Shown here: in pieces, positions 34,513 to 37,107 of the stretch | How the letters are laid out: each line of letters begins with the position of its first letter | How positions within the stretch are numbered: position 1 is the stretch's first letter | NCBI RefSeq assembly: GCF_004010195.1 | Contig: NW_025215300.1 | Span: forward strand, 50,855-87,961 | Source of the DNA: Chiloscyllium plagiosum | Lineage: Eukaryota | Direction of reading: 5' to 3' | Length of the DNA stretch: 37,107 bases | The notes under the pieces: model-generated | Told to the model about the DNA's origin: nothing | The model's input: the letters and a program-made list of their open reading frames with translations, nothing else | The model's database searches: none | Program-made: the position numbers and the translations under genes

Positions 34513-35465
34513 TGTAACAATGCTGAGCTTTAAGAGGTGTGTTTAGTCCTGGTTTCTTTCAGAGAGTGAGATTGGAGGACAGGTATCGAGCAGTTTATGA
34601 GAAGAGAAACAACGTATAAGGCCTTGGCTGTGTTTTTTTTAAAAACAAGGCTGAAACAACATAAGCAGCCTGAACGGGCGTGGTCACGCTGCTTCGCCCT
34701 GAACCAGGGAGTTTTCAATTTCAGTTTTCAGCAGCTGTTGGACTCCTGAAGAAATGGAAGCCATTTCTCCGCACCCCCCCACTCTCTTGATTATATTCAA
34801 AAGCTGGAGATCCTCTTCCAAGGGTGCTGGCTTGTGTGCGAGACAAAATCGGTTTCCTGAATCGAACTTGTGCCACAGGGTCTGTTTAGGGGGATGACAC
34901 TTTATTGGAACAGTCGGGGTTCTGCGGCAAAATAATCCAATATTCTGTCACGTCCACAGTTCAGTTATTCCAGATTCCTTTTTCTCTGGTATTTTAACTG
35001 TAGTGAGTATTGTCTAACATTGAATAGGTCATAGAGCTATACAGCTCAGAAACAGACCCTTCGGTCCAACCCGTCCATGCCGACCAGAAATCCCAACCTA
35101 ATCTAGTTCCATTTGTCAGCACCCAGCCCATATCCCTACAAAACCTTCCTCTTCATATACCCATCCAGATGCCTTTTAAATGTTGCAATTGTACCAGCCT
35201 CCACTTCCTCCGGCAGCTCATTCCATACACGTACCATCCTCTGTGTGAAAAAGTTGCCCCTTAGGTCCCTTTCCCCACTCACCTCAAACCTCCATCCTCT
35301 AGCTTTGGATTCCCTCACTTCGGGAAAAGACCTCCGCTATTCACCCTGTCCATGCCAACTGCATTGGGAATACAGTGTTTCACATTTACCTCTGAAATTA
35401 AAAATGGATAGGGTCTATGCTACCTCCTTAAGATACTTTGAGGGGGTGTGGGCTCGCCCAGAACA
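34513..35465. mobile_element. Probable solo LTR (TG...CA, 4-bp TSD CAAG) with a nested CR1 3' fragment
   Basis: CAAG|TGTAAC at 34509-34518 and CAGAACA|CAAG at 35459-35469; no internal coding sequence. Confidence 0.6.
35023..35357 (-). mobile_element. CR1 3' end fragment
   Basis: GNFFTQRMVRVWNELPEEVEAGTIATFKRHLDGYM; matches 2820-3130. Confidence 0.9.
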
Positions 35466-36564
35466 CAAGGTACACCCTCGCGCCGGTCACCCAAGCGATG
35501 TCAGCAACTATCCAACTGGAAGAGGCCCACTCTTACCTCGCCCACTCAAAGATTCCCAGTCTGGGCTCACTGGGTGAAGGGTCACAAGTAGGAACACCCC
35601 TTCCCCCACTCCGGCTGCTGTCTCTCTCTCTCTCTCTCTCTCTGTATCCACCCTTGGACAGTGAGGCCAATTATAGAAACACAACTGCTAACAGAGATCA
35701 GCTAACAGGGAACAAAACCTGGGAATGACACAGTACAAGAGGCTCCGCCCCCAAACCACACAACAGATCGGTCAGGGGAGCACCGGGGATGTAGCTCACT
35801 TGCAGCTCAGGCTAAGATGGTCAAGAGAGATTTATTTAAGAGGAACAAGTTTACACAGAAGCCAACAAAAGACAAATGACCAACCGCACAACATTTTCAT
35901 CGACACCACTTTGATCAGCTTTGAAACAATAATGTTTCCCAGACTGATCGCAGGGAAGACGCAGGTTGAGGTCTTTAGGCTGGTGTCGGGCCAGTGAACT
36001 GTCCTCCCCCCATCACCCCAAACTAAAGAGACAGAGACTGGATGAATCGTAATGCCCAATCCTGATAGGGTGCATCTCTCAGCTTCCCGTCTGGTCTTGC
36101 TAGCTCTTGTTAGCTGCTGGCCATTCAGAAACACATTGCCAAAAAATAGAAATATTGTGAGGCTGTCTTTCTCCCCACAGCAGAGACGACTTGAAAACCG
36201 ATCCAGCTATTGTATTGTATTGTATTGTAACATAAAAATAACTGCAAAAATGCGACAGAGTCCCCAGTTCCGTCATAGCACGACAGAGGAAGGGGGAACT
36301 GTCTCTCCGCAAAACCTTCCTGAATAATGGAACCACAAACGAGTCTGTATTGGTCTCCCAGGAAGCCGAGGGTGCGGAGAGGAACCATGGCAGGGAAACA
36401 GGAAGAGAGAACAAGCTGAGTAACAGGAGCTACAGCAGAGGCACTCCCCTCTGCCCCCTCACTGTTCTCTGTCTCCCCCCAACTTCACTGTTCAGTCAGG
36501 CTTTGTCCTTTCCCTCTTATCCACAAACCGCACACGCCAAAGCTAAATATTGTGTTTCTATTTT

Positions 36565-36950
36565 CAGGCTGTTGTCTCAGGTCACCTTGGGACACCAGCT
36601 TCCCCTCAGCCTCCTCCATAACCTTCCAGTTGGCTCAGCGGATCGTTCGAGCCGCTATCCCTCTCGCCCACGTCCAGTGACAAGGCGCAGAACGTACTCT
36701 GGGTGGGGTTTTGTCAACGTCCACCACCGAGGGTAGCTCAGAGCTGGTCAGGTCCGAAAGGACATAGCTGCTAGACTGGTTCTGCGGCAGGGAGGGAGGG
36801 AACCAACAAGAGGGAAAAACCCACTTGACCTCATTCTTACCGACCTGCCCGTGACAGTATCGGTAAGAGAGACCACCGCACAGCCCTGGTGGGGACAAAG
36901 TCCCGCCTTCACATTGAGAATAACCTCCATTTTGTCTCGGAGGCACTGGG
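36565..36950 (+). mobile_element. Decayed LINE APE-endonuclease fragment
   Basis: Remnants across frames: RAQNVLWVG / VNVHH (GDFN-like), KDIAARLVLRQ, EPTRGKNPLDLILTDLP, RDHRTALV. Confidence 0.7.
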
Positions 36951-37107
36951 GGGGGATCCTGACAATGGGCAATGAATTCTGGTCTCGCCTGCACTCCAGA
37001 AACCTCTTGAAAAGAAAAGACTGTCAGAGCTTATCTGACTCAAGAGCTGGAAATTGGTCAAGTCAGTGTCGGTCGCTCAGCGTCGGAAGATGGGAATGTT
37101 TTGTGCC

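Overview
Eukaryotic, repeat-rich vertebrate genomic DNA. The HE1-type V-SINEs and CR1/HER1-type LINEs point to a shark or ray (inference). It is a draft scaffold with three N gaps (11574-11585, 19207-20186, 24654-25195). It holds a complete 3-exon PGAM2-type phosphoglycerate mutase gene (+, 1173-8534) whose promoter is a 62-bp CCAAT+GC-box tandem array and whose first splice donor is amplified in a ~46-bp minisatellite. It also holds one isolated, intact IGF2BP3-like exon (-, 17556-17846) on a gap-bounded contig, and most of a STARD7 gene (-, exons 2,3,5,6,7,8). STARD7 exon 1 is not in the window, and the expected exon 4 is missing where a perfectly pure ~3.97-kb (GAGT)n tract lies. The rest is nested retroelements: a near-full-length CR1 with an esterase ORF1, CR1/L2/Rex1 fragments, HE1 SINEs with variable internal tandem arrays, a solo LTR with a 4-bp TSD, and probable Penelope-derived hammerhead-like motifs. 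I see no convincing wholly new system. The best leads are the repeat-built PGAM2 promoter and donor, the STARD7 (GAGT)n tract with its missing exon, and the orphan IGF2BP3 exon, and several of these may be assembly artefacts. Gene and repeat-family names come from recalled sequences, not searches.
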